Notes under the pieces: model-generated
What the model was told of the DNA's origin: nothing
Seen by the model: the letters and a program-made list of their open reading frames with translations, nothing else
Database searches by the model: none
Origin: an uncultured Clostridia bacterium
GTDB lineage: Bacteria; Bacillota; Clostridia; TANB77; CAG-508
Length of the DNA: 64,000 nucleotides
Direction: 5' to 3'
Assembly: GCA_944393125.1 (NCBI GenBank)
Contig: CALXZB010000001.1
Coordinates: 315 to 64,314 of the forward strand
Position numbers and translations under genes: made by a program
In this document: positions 29,186 to 38,938 of the stretch, in pieces
How positions within the stretch are numbered: the first letter of the stretch is position 1
Layout: each line of letters begins with the position of its first letter

Positions 29186-32012
29186 TTATTTTAAAAAATT
29201 TTCTGGAATAAATCCTTGTCTTCCATCATCTAATTCTACTCTATACCAATTATAACCATCAATATTATTATATGTTCCTTTATTCACAACTGTAACATTA
29301 CTTCCTTCTGGTAATGTTGTTATTTTATCAAGTCTAGTACTTGGTCCTACTCGTACATTACAACCATTTCCATCATTAGTTTTTACTTTTGCAGTATAAT
29401 TGCTATTTTTAATAACTTCTATTTGTTTTAGATATGTGCCTGACATAAAGCCTATCTCACCATCTGTTGTAATTATTTTATGCCAATTGCCATTTATATT
29501 TCTTTCTACTGATAACAATTCTTCTCCTTTATATATTGTTCTTATTATATCTGAATTGGTACTAGCAGATTTTCTAAGGTTCACTCCTCCATCTGCTGTT
29601 ATTTGCACATTTATTGGAGAACTACTTATACTATTTAAAGGCATTGGAGCATTTTCTGTTCCCATATTTTCGTATATTGGTATGATAAAAGTAAACTCAC
29701 TTTGTAATTTATCTGTATTTAAATACATACTTCTCATTAGTCTCGCTTCACTATATGCTCCCATTAAATTTTGCATATATTGGTGTTGATATAATGGAGT
29801 TCCATTTCTTACATCTATATCAAATTTATTTTGGTATAAGGTATTTTGATAATTTTCTAGCCAATTCTTTTTACAGAATTCTATACCACCTTCAATTGCT
29901 TTTTGCATTGTATTCCAACCATACTTTTTTGCAGTTGCTAAAGCATTTGCATAAATTTGATCCCAGCCATTTCCAGATGCTCCTATATTAAAAGGATTAT
30001 AATATATATGTCCATCTCCACCATCCATTCCTTTTCCTATAACAGTTCCTTGTCTTCCTTGTTCTTGAAGCATTCTTGCAACTATATAGTATGAATTTAC
30101 ATTTTTATTCTTTGATGCAGTATCTATAGTATTAGCATATCCTTGTAAATATGTTCCATTAACTTGTGATTGAATTCCTTCTAATGTACATACACCATTT
30201 ATGTATTCATTCAAATCTTGGAATTGAAATATATTTATTTCATCTAAAAAATTTCTTGAATCCATATAATAAGCTATAGCTTTTTCAGAAGCGCAATACC
30301 ATCCGCTATCATATAATTGTGTTCCACACTCTGGGCAAATCCATTCACCACTATAATTAATTGGAACTAAATTTCTTGAGTGTACAGCTGATTCTCCTTT
30401 AATTACTTCTTGAAAAGTTAAACCTGTATACAATAATTCAAATTTCCAGTTTGGATATTTTTCCATTAAAGCTTCGATTTTCTCTTTATATCCAGGATAT
30501 TTTAAAGTATCTATGTCAATATTATACTTTACTTCTTCCAATTTAAATTTTTGTGCATCTGATTCATCTTTTGTATATACATTAATATTTGTCCCATTTT
30601 TAGCTATTCCATTGTTTACATTCAAGTATAATCCACTACTTTTAGAAATAATATTGTAATTTCCATCTTCTGTTTCTTTTATTACCCATTTTTGTGCATC
30701 TGTATTGTTTGATTCATATTGCCATACATTAGTTCCAGATGTTTTTCCTCCATTAGCAACATCCAAAACTTTTTTAGAATGTATTGCTGTTATTGTATAA
30801 TATCCATCCCTATTATACTCTATTTTAAATTTTTGTTGGTTTTTTGCTACATATTCGTATAATTGTACATTAGCAGTATTTATTAAAGATGCTCCACTTA
30901 CATCTAATGAATAAGTTTCATTTAATACTGTTTTTATTACATATGTACCATCTTCTATTGTTTTTGTTCCTTCAACTATTTCATTTTCTTTTACTTTTTC
31001 AAACTTGAATTTTTGTGCATTAGAATTATTTCCTGTATTTACTTGAATGTTTGTCCCATTTTTAGCTATTCCATTACTTACTTCTAAATATAAACCGTTA
31101 TTTTTAGAAATAACATTATAATTTCCGTCTTCCGCTTCTTTTATTACCCATTTTTGTGCGTCTGTATTGTTAAACTCATGTTGCCATACATTAGTTCCAG
31201 GCTTTTTGCTTCCATTAGCTACATCTAATACTTTTTTAGAATGTTCCGCAGTTATTGTGTAATATCCATCATTATTATACTCTACATTAAATTTTTGTTG
31301 ACTTTCCTGTACATATTCATATAGTTGTATATTAGCTGTATTTGCTAAAGAAGCTTGATTCACATCTAAAGCATATCTTTCATCTAGTACTGTTTTTATT
31401 ACATATGTACCATCCTCTATAGTTTTAGTTCCTTCAATAACTTCATTTTCTTTTACTTTTTCAAACTTAAATTTTTGTGCATTTGTATTATTCCCTGCAT
31501 ATACTTGAATGTTTGCTCCGTTTTTAGCTATTCCATTACTTACATCTAAATATAATCCACTGCTTTTGGAAATAATATTGTATTTCCCATCACCCGCTTC
31601 TTTTATTGCCCATTTTTGTGCATCTGTATTGTTAAATGCATGTTGCCATACATTAGTTCCTGATTTCTTTTCATTGTGGGCTACATCTAATAATTTATTT
31701 GAATGTATTGCTGTTATTGTATAATATCCATCATTATATTCTACTTTAAATTTTTGTTGGTCTTCCTGTACATATTCATATAGTTGTATATTAGCTGTAT
31801 TTGCCAAAGAAGCTTGGTCTACATCTAAAGCATATGTTTCATTTAGTACGGTTTTTATTACATATATTCCGTTCTTCTATTGGTTGTTCGTTTTTCTCTA
31901 TTTTATTTTCTTGTGCAAAGGATGTTGATATATTAAATAAAAATGTTTGAATCAGCATAAAAATTATAATGTAAATTAACTTATATTGTGTTTTGAAGAT
32001 TTTACATTTCAT
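29186..32012 (-). pseudogene. Frameshifted secreted autolysin: signal peptide / 3x ricin-lectin modules / GH73 N-acetylglucosaminidase / 2x SH3b
   Basis: ATG 32012 (RBS AGGAGGTG) encodes MKCKIFKTQYKLIYIIIFMLIQTFLFNISTSFAQEN..PIEE and stops at 31839. The enzyme frame opens after a TAG at 31877-31879 and reads ..NGIYVIKTVLNETYALDV.., continuing to 29186. Deleting one base (G at ~31871) restores PIEEGIYVIKTVL. The GH73 region contains YYIVARMLQEQG...YYNPFNIGA, and the C-terminus has two SH3b-like domains. Confidence 0.8.
30524..31876 (-). repeat. Three tandem ~430-460 bp ricin-lectin module repeats (intragenic)
   Basis: The units begin (N)GIYVIKTVLNE / DGTYVIKTVLDE / DGTYVIKTVLNE. They are near-identical to each other and clearly related to the units at 19261-20607. 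Confidence 0.8.
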
Positions 32013-32070
32013 ATAATTATGTCACCTCCTTAACATAACTAATATAACATCTTTTATATTATAAAGTCAA

Positions 32071-32093
32071 TAAAAAAAGGCTAAATTTAGCCT
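32071..32093 (-). terminator. Intrinsic terminator after the GT4 gene
   Basis: A perfect palindrome aggctaaatttagcct (32078-32093), followed on the minus strand by ttttttta. Confidence 0.65.
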
Positions 32094-32127
32094 GTCAATT
32101 TATGGTAAACTTAGTCTTATTTCCAAT

Positions 32128-33561
32128 TTATTTTAATCTTTTTCTAGTAAATATATTCACAATATTGTTTATTAGTTTAAATCTTTTACTATTATATATA
32201 GAACTTAATTCTTCAAATAGTTCTTCATTTCTTTTTTCTTGTTTTTTTACTGTGTTTTTTAATTCTTCTATTTCTTGTATAATATTATTATATTCTTGTG
32301 CTTTATAATCTGTAATTTTATCTATTATTTCTCTTTGTTTTTTCATTTCTTCTAATAGTAAATTATATTTTTGCACATTTTCTTGTTCATGTTCTTTTAA
32401 TGTTTCTATTTGTATATTATTTAATTCAAGTATCTTTATTTCTGCATTTTCATCTGGCAAAAAGTCTTCAATAAAATATACGTTTTTTAATATATCTAAT
32501 TCTTTTAATGCAATATTAAAATTATCTTCTGTAATTTTTTGAATTTTATCTAAATCTAAATTTTTCAATTGCAATATAATATCTTCTATCTTTTTAGCTT
32601 CTAAATCATTACTTGCAAAATTTGCTTCAATTGAATTATAGATATTATTTTTATCTACTAAAAACTTTATTTCTTCAGGAGATGTTATAATTGCTATTCT
32701 TTTTGTCGCAATCGCTTCTATTATGCACCTTCCCATACCTATTACAACATCATATTTTTCCATTTCCTTTGCAACCTCATTAGTTCCTCCTTCAAAAATG
32801 ATATTATAATTATTAATGTTTTTTTCTTGTATATAGTTTTTTATAGTTATTACACTTTGTTCGTCTCCATCACCATATATTACAAGTTTTCCGCTAAAGT
32901 TTTCAATTGAATTAGCATATTGAATGAAAAAATTTATTCCACATTGTATTGATATTAGTTTTTCTGGAGCTATTCTAGAAATAAGCATAAAATTATTTAT
33001 AGTATTTACTTGTGTATTTGAAATATATTCTTTAAAATAAATACTATTTTTTAAAACTGCATATTTTTCTTTTGGTATATTAAAATATTTTGCATTTAAA
33101 TCAATTGAGCCATAATTTAGTGTAATTATTTTATAAGCATTATCAAAATAAAATTTAAATAGTCTTTTATATAATGGGAAATTAGATATATACCAATCAT
33201 ATACTTCAGTTAATCTTGAATGTACAAATGCTATATATGGTATTTTTGTAATAATGCTTGCTATAAAGGCATTTAACAAACATGGAAATTGATGAATATG
33301 TATCTGTCCTACATTATATTTTTTTATTATTTCTATAATTTGTTTTGTTCCTTTTATATCTATTTCATTTTTTAATTCAAATTCAAAATCTATACATATG
33401 ATTCCATGTTTTTTTAACCTTTCTGTATATATTCCATTTTTAGCAAGTACAATGACATTATATCCTTTTTCTTTAAAAGCTAGTGCTTGATTATATACAG
33501 AAGTTTCTACTCCTCCGACTTCTAATTTTTCTAAACAAATTAAAATTGTTTTGTTTTCCAT
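32128..33561 (-). CDS. GT4-family (GT-B) glycosyltransferase with C-terminal coiled-coil extension
   Basis: The N-terminus (ILICLEKLEVGGVETSVYNQA) is typical of GT4. The last ~130 aa are E/K/I-rich coiled coil. ATG 33561 follows GTGAGGA; the track GTG at 33573 is less likely. Confidence 0.7.
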   Translation of the reverse strand: MENKTILICLEKLEVGGVETSVYNQALAFKEKGYNVIVLAKNGIYTERLKKHGIICIDFEFELKNEIDIKGTKQIIEIIKKYNVGQIHIHQFPCLLNAFIASIITKIPYIAFVHSRLTEVYDWYISNFPLYKRLFKFYFDNAYKIITLNYGSIDLNAKYFNIPKEKYAVLKNSIYFKEYISNTQVNTINNFMLISRIAPEKLISIQCGINFFIQYANSIENFSGKLVIYGDGDEQSVITIKNYIQEKNINNYNIIFEGGTNEVAKEMEKYDVVIGMGRCIIEAIATKRIAIITSPEEIKFLVDKNNIYNSIEANFASNDLEAKKIEDIILQLKNLDLDKIQKITEDNFNIALKELDILKNVYFIEDFLPDENAEIKILELNNIQIETLKEHEQENVQKYNLLLEEMKKQREIIDKITDYKAQEYNNIIQEIEELKNTVKKQEKRNEELFEELSSIYNSKRFKLINNIVNIFTRKRLK

Positions 33562-33573
33562 ATTTATCCTCAC

Positions 33574-34473
33574 TTATCTTTTGATTTTTAGTTTAGTCAT
33601 AATCCTTCCTGGTATAAATAAAATAATAATTAATATTTTATTTAATATTCCTTTAATATTTTTTAAAATCTTTTTTTGGCTAGTTAGTGTTGAAAATAAT
33701 ATATAATGTTTTATAACATATAATCTTTTCTTAAATAAGACACCTCTCATATCTTTTTGTAAAATCTCTCTAAAATAATTAAAATATCCATATGGATTTT
33801 CTACAAATTGTTTCTTTATATTTTTTGTATATCCTTCATTTTGATATTCACAAATCATTATTGGTTCATTTATACAAATTATGTTATATTTTTCATCCAT
33901 CTTGTGAAACATTCTTGCTTCAGTAACAAATTTTTCTTTATTTTCAAGTTCATATTTATATTGTTTTCTTATTTCAGTGTTAAATACTAATGCTTTCTCT
34001 CCATTTTCGCCTTGTTTAAAATATAAATCAAACATCGTTGTAAATTTATCTCGAAAGTTTCTTCCCATATTTTCTTTATTTTGATTATATTTTAGAAAAC
34101 ATAAAGCATAATATTTATCATTATTGTTTTTATTTTCATTATATGCTTTTTCTATACTTTTAAAAGCATTATTTGTAAAATAGTCATCTGAGTCACATTC
34201 TATTAATAAATCGCCTTGTGCATATTGTATTACATTATTTATTGCCTGCATTTTACCTTGATTTTCTTGAAAGAAATACTTTATTACTATTTTTTTTTCT
34301 TTTATAAAATTTTCAACTGTTTCTTTTGTACTATCTTTTGAACCATCATCTATTATAATCCATTCAACATCAATATTATCTTTTATATTATTCACTATAC
34401 TTTCATATAATCTTGGCAATAAGTTTGCTCTATTATATGTTGCAGTTAAAACTGATATTTTCAAATTATTCAC
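33574..34473 (-). CDS. GT2-family glycosyltransferase
   Basis: SVLTATYNR...IIDDGSKD...ECDSDD. The start is uncertain (GTG 34473 or TTG 34464). Confidence 0.8.
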   Translation of the reverse strand: MNNLKISVLTATYNRANLLPRLYESIVNNIKDNIDVEWIIIDDGSKDSTKETVENFIKEKKIVIKYFFQENQGKMQAINNVIQYAQGDLLIECDSDDYFTNNAFKSIEKAYNENKNNNDKYYALCFLKYNQNKENMGRNFRDKFTTMFDLYFKQGENGEKALVFNTEIRKQYKYELENKEKFVTEARMFHKMDEKYNIICINEPIMICEYQNEGYTKNIKKQFVENPYGYFNYFREILQKDMRGVLFKKRLYVIKHYILFSTLTSQKKILKNIKGILNKILIIILFIPGRIMTKLKIKR

Positions 34474-35566
34474 CTACTAATTCTATAATTTTTTTTATTA
34501 TATATTTGTTGTCGTAATTATTTGTTATATTATCTTTTTCTGCTCTACCTTTTTCGATTATATTCTTTAATCCATTATAGATTCCATCTTCTGAGTTTTC
34601 AAATATTTTTGAATTGTCATAATCTCTTACTACTTCTCTTGCAGCTGTATCTGTAATTAAAATATATTTTCCTAATATTTTAGCTTCTTCAACAACCATA
34701 GGATATCCTTCAAAATATGATAAAAGGCAAAAATAGTCTGCTTTTTTTATATATGGATAAGGATTTTCTTTTTGTCCTAATAATTTGAAAGTGTCTTGAA
34801 CTTTTTTCTCATATATTAATTTTTCTAATTTCTCTTTTTCAGGTCCATCTCCTATTATATAGAAATTATGATTATAGCCTTCATTTGTCAATTGGCTATG
34901 CACATTTATTAACCTATCAAGTGCTTTTTGTTCAACTAGCCTTGACACTGTTACAAAGTTTAAAGTATTTTCATTAAATTTTAAATCAACTGTTTCTTTT
35001 GATTGGGCAATAACATTATTACTATTTATATAATTGTAAATTACTTCTTTTGAAACATTGTTTTGGTATACTTCTTCAAATTTTTTAACATTGTCTTTGC
35101 TTACAAATACTAATTTGTTATATTGGCTGTATATTTTTTTATCTATTATTCTTTTTAATTTTGATTTAAAATTGTTTCCAAAAACTTTACTTATATCATT
35201 ATGTATCCAAGCTATTTTAACTGTGTTATTATTTGCAGTACTAAATATTCTTGTTATCGCTCCTTCTAAAAATGCTATTTCAATATCATAATCATTTTTT
35301 ATATATTTTTTATAAATACGTTTTTGTTGTAATAAAACTTGAAGCGGTTTCAAAATTTTTTGTATTTTATTTAATTCTTTATATTGTAGATTATACAATG
35401 ATTTTAATTTTACTTTATTAGAAAGTTTTTTCTCAAATTCTCCATTTGGATATATTGTAAAAATAGTTATATCATATTTTTCACATAATTCGTTTGCTAT
35501 ATCTACTAATACTCTTTCTGCTCCTCCTATTGTCAAACTTGTTATACCAAATATTATTTTTTTCAA
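34466..35566 (-). CDS. GT4-family (GT-B) glycosyltransferase
   Basis: LTIGGAERV at the N-terminus and SYFEGYPMVVEEA in the C-terminal half. The start overlaps the upstream gene in ATGA. Confidence 0.85.
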   Translation of the reverse strand: MKKIIFGITSLTIGGAERVLVDIANELCEKYDITIFTIYPNGEFEKKLSNKVKLKSLYNLQYKELNKIQKILKPLQVLLQQKRIYKKYIKNDYDIEIAFLEGAITRIFSTANNNTVKIAWIHNDISKVFGNNFKSKLKRIIDKKIYSQYNKLVFVSKDNVKKFEEVYQNNVSKEVIYNYINSNNVIAQSKETVDLKFNENTLNFVTVSRLVEQKALDRLINVHSQLTNEGYNHNFYIIGDGPEKEKLEKLIYEKKVQDTFKLLGQKENPYPYIKKADYFCLLSYFEGYPMVVEEAKILGKYILITDTAAREVVRDYDNSKIFENSEDGIYNGLKNIIEKGRAEKDNITNNYDNKYIIKKIIELVGE

Positions 35567-36987
35567 TTTCTTCTCATCTCCTTAGTTTTATTTAATAACA
35601 ATAAATTTATTGATATTATAATCATTGTTGTAGATGCATTAAAAAATATATAACCTGACAATAAAGATAGTGCAAATGCAAGCCCTCCTCCAGATATTAG
35701 CATAATCCATTCTGCATCAATTTTTTTAATATTTTTTACTCCATAATAAAGAGAGTATATATATACTGCTAGAAATGGTACTAAATATAATATAAAACCA
35801 TATAGTCCAAAATTTATTAAAATTGCAGCTAATTCCATTTCTAAAACCATTTCTCTGTATTGACAAACATATCCATTTCCAAATAGTCTATATAATAAAT
35901 TTGATTGGTTATTTGCAAGTTCTATGTTATATATTAGTTGCAATGTTCTCATTTGCTCTACTGATAATTCATATTTTGTTGCAATTTCGTTTAAACTTAA
36001 AACCGCTTCTTGCTGTTCTTTGCTCATATAGTCTTCTTCTAATGTTCCTGCTTCAATTTTATTTTTTATTTCATATAAATCTCCAGTTATGTGTACTTGC
36101 TCTTTTGTTACCTCATCTACAACTTCACTTGCCATATCTTCAACTTTTTCTCTTCTTTTTAAAGTATTTGATCCAAATATATAAATAATTGCTATAATTG
36201 CTATAATACTTATTATAAATATTGATATTAGTTTTATTAGTTTCTTTTGAGCTATTTTTTTATTTATAATTATGCATAATAAATTAGCAATTCCAAATAT
36301 AATTATTGATAAAATAGTACCATATAAACTAACTCTTGTTCCTAATAATATCATTGAATATATTGCTGTCAAAAATAATATAATACCTGTATAAATTTTA
36401 AGTTTAAAGTTTATATTTTTTTTATTAAATATATTAAATAATATAAACATAGATAAAACTAATATAGCACTCAAACTATTACCTGATTCAAACCATCCTT
36501 TATATCCCATTTCTTCTAACATATATGTACTTGATATAGTTCCAGTCATCAATGATATATATAAAGATATGCAATATATGCTAACTGATGTTAAAATGCA
36601 TTTATATAATTTATCAGTATCTTGATTTTTATAGAATGTGTAAATGTAAATATATAAATTTAAAGCCATAAAAGTATAATTAGCTAAATACTGAAGTTCA
36701 TGCATTACTCCACTGTATGAACTATTATTTTTCAATATCGAAAAAATATACAAATGTGCTAGAGCATATACTCCATAGGTTATACCTGCTAAAATAAATA
36801 TTTTTCTTTGCTTTTTATCTTTTATGAAAATATATAAACATACAGTTATTATAAATAATGGTCTTAAAATTGTTGATGGTGATATACTAGTATTAAAAGT
36901 ATTTCTAAACAAAAAACTTATGCAATCTAATATTGGACATATTATTATATATAAATATAAAATTGTTTGTATTTTTATTTTTCTCAT
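35563..36987 (-). CDS. O-antigen ligase/polymerase-like (Wzy_C family) membrane protein
   Basis: About 10-12 TM helices with one large (~100 aa) helical loop, as in Wzy/WaaL-type proteins. The call is made from topology and context. Confidence 0.6.
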   Translation of the reverse strand: MRKIKIQTILYLYIIICPILDCISFLFRNTFNTSISPSTILRPLFIITVCLYIFIKDKKQRKIFILAGITYGVYALAHLYIFSILKNNSSYSGVMHELQYLANYTFMALNLYIYIYTFYKNQDTDKLYKCILTSVSIYCISLYISLMTGTISSTYMLEEMGYKGWFESGNSLSAILVLSMFILFNIFNKKNINFKLKIYTGIILFLTAIYSMILLGTRVSLYGTILSIIIFGIANLLCIIINKKIAQKKLIKLISIFIISIIAIIAIIYIFGSNTLKRREKVEDMASEVVDEVTKEQVHITGDLYEIKNKIEAGTLEEDYMSKEQQEAVLSLNEIATKYELSVEQMRTLQLIYNIELANNQSNLLYRLFGNGYVCQYREMVLEMELAAILINFGLYGFILYLVPFLAVYIYSLYYGVKNIKKIDAEWIMLISGGGLAFALSLLSGYIFFNASTTMIIISINLLLLNKTKEMRRN

Positions 36988-36998
36988 TTTTACCCCTA

Positions 36999-37958
36999 TT
37001 ACAAAAATTTAAAAATAAATGAATATATTCTAAATGTTAATTTATTAACACTTTTGATATATAGATTTTTCAAACTTTTTATGCTATTTAAAATGTTATT
37101 GTTTTTCCAATTTGGAAATTTTATATTTAAGTTTTCCCATGTTTTATTTAATAATTCATTTCTGATTTTTTTGTCTTTAATCTTTACTATTCTTAAGAAA
37201 GAACTGCATAATAAATATCTTGCATACACATATTCAAGTTCTTCTTTAAAGTCATTGTATAAATTGTTTTTTTGATAATAATTAATTACATTTTCTAATA
37301 CTAAAAATATTTCTTCATTTTTTTTATTTTGAGTGTTAGAAATTGAACCTTTTCTTTGTATGTAATGTATGAAACATTTTCTAACAAATGCAACCTTTTT
37401 TATATATGGTAATATTTTATAAAAACCTTCTATATCCTCATATCTTAATCCTACTGAAAATCTTGCTTCTGGATGATTTTCATATATTTCTCTCTTTATT
37501 AATTTATTCCAAGCAACAACTCTTGATTTGTATAACATTTCTTTTTGATTTAAATACACAGTACCTATATCTTCTCTTTTTTTATTTGGATATTCCCACC
37601 AAAAATCACATTCTACCATATCTGCATTTTCTTGTTTTGCTTTTTCATACATTTCTTCATACATTGTGGGTTCTACATAATCGTCTGAGTCTAGAAAAGC
37701 AATATATTCTCCTGTTGCATATTTTATACCAAAATTTCTAGCATCTCCTAATCCTCCATTAGCTTTTTCATAATATTTAATCTTGTTTGGAAACTTTTTT
37801 TCAATTTCTTTTGCTTTTTCTTTTGAACTATCTTGGCTTCCATCATTAACTAATATTATTTCAATTTCTTCTAATGATTGATTTACTAATGAATTTAAGC
37901 ATTTTTCTATGTATTTTTCTACATTGTAAAAAGGTACAATTACACTTACTTTTGGCAT
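36999..37958 (-). CDS. GT2-family glycosyltransferase
   Basis: VSVIVPFYN...VNDGS.D...LDSDD. Confidence 0.85.
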   Translation of the reverse strand: MPKVSVIVPFYNVEKYIEKCLNSLVNQSLEEIEIILVNDGSQDSSKEKAKEIEKKFPNKIKYYEKANGGLGDARNFGIKYATGEYIAFLDSDDYVEPTMYEEMYEKAKQENADMVECDFWWEYPNKKREDIGTVYLNQKEMLYKSRVVAWNKLIKREIYENHPEARFSVGLRYEDIEGFYKILPYIKKVAFVRKCFIHYIQRKGSISNTQNKKNEEIFLVLENVINYYQKNNLYNDFKEELEYVYARYLLCSSFLRIVKIKDKKIRNELLNKTWENLNIKFPNWKNNNILNSIKSLKNLYIKSVNKLTFRIYSFIFKFL

Positions 37959-38926
37959 TATTTCCTCCCATTATTATGAATTTTCAAATATAGTCTAATA
38001 TTATATTTTAATAATAATCTTTTTACTAACTGTTTTAAATCTCTTGGTTTTATATTTTTATACATTTTTCTTTGCTTTATCATTCTTATATAAAGTTTTT
38101 GAGAATTTTTATTTAACTCATTTAATTTTAAAATTATAGCATTTGTATAGTATATTTTTATATTTTCCTTTGTTACTTCTTCTAATTGTAGTTTTTCTAC
38201 CATATTTAACATATTGTCATAATGAAATAATACATCTTCCATCTTTTTTATTGTTTTATTATAATCTTCTGTTCTTGTTATACTATTAGGTGCTTGTACA
38301 TATTTATATAAATATTCTGGTATAGAAATAACAGTTTGAGCAGATAATATGATAAATGGTATTAAACCAAAATCTTCATGGTATGTTCTTTCAAACTTAA
38401 AGTTGTTTTTTGTAAATAGTTCTTTCCTAATTAGATATACACATGGCGAATCTAGTAAAACATCTTTACAATACAATCTGTTAAATGCATCTTGCCCATT
38501 AGACACTTCGAAAACTGGACCAGATACTTTTTCTAGTATTTCATCTTTTTCATTTACTCTTTCTAATTTGAATTTTATCAAATCTATATTTTTGTCTATG
38601 TATTTCTCTAATACTTCAAAAGCATTTGTTTCAAGATAATCGTCAGAATCCAAAAACATTATATATTTTGATATTGCTTTTTCAATACCAAAATTTCTTG
38701 TTTTTGCTATTCCTTCATTTCCTTTTGAAAAATATTTTATATTATTAGATTTGTTATTTTTTTCTATGTATTGTTTTATTATTTCTTCTGAATTATCAGT
38801 TGAGCCATCATTAATAATTAATATTTCTATATCTGTTTTTTTAGTTTGATTAATTATTGAATTTAAACATTTTTCTAGTTTTATTCCTGTGTTATATACA
38901 GGAATAATTATACTTATTTTAGGCAT
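37958..38926 (-). CDS. GT2-family glycosyltransferase
   Basis: ISIIIPVYN...INDGSTD...LDSDD. Confidence 0.85.
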   Translation of the reverse strand: MPKISIIIPVYNTGIKLEKCLNSIINQTKKTDIEILIINDGSTDNSEEIIKQYIEKNNKSNNIKYFSKGNEGIAKTRNFGIEKAISKYIMFLDSDDYLETNAFEVLEKYIDKNIDLIKFKLERVNEKDEILEKVSGPVFEVSNGQDAFNRLYCKDVLLDSPCVYLIRKELFTKNNFKFERTYHEDFGLIPFIILSAQTVISIPEYLYKYVQAPNSITRTEDYNKTIKKMEDVLFHYDNMLNMVEKLQLEEVTKENIKIYYTNAIILKLNELNKNSQKLYIRMIKQRKMYKNIKPRDLKQLVKRLLLKYNIRLYLKIHNNGRK

Positions 38927-38938
38927 TTTTTATTCCTT

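Noticed and set aside
31860-31885. Phase-variable slipped-strand tract as the cause of the autolysin frameshift.
   Set aside because: The local sequence (attccgttcttctattgg) has no homopolymer or short tandem repeat. A point indel or sequencing error is more likely.
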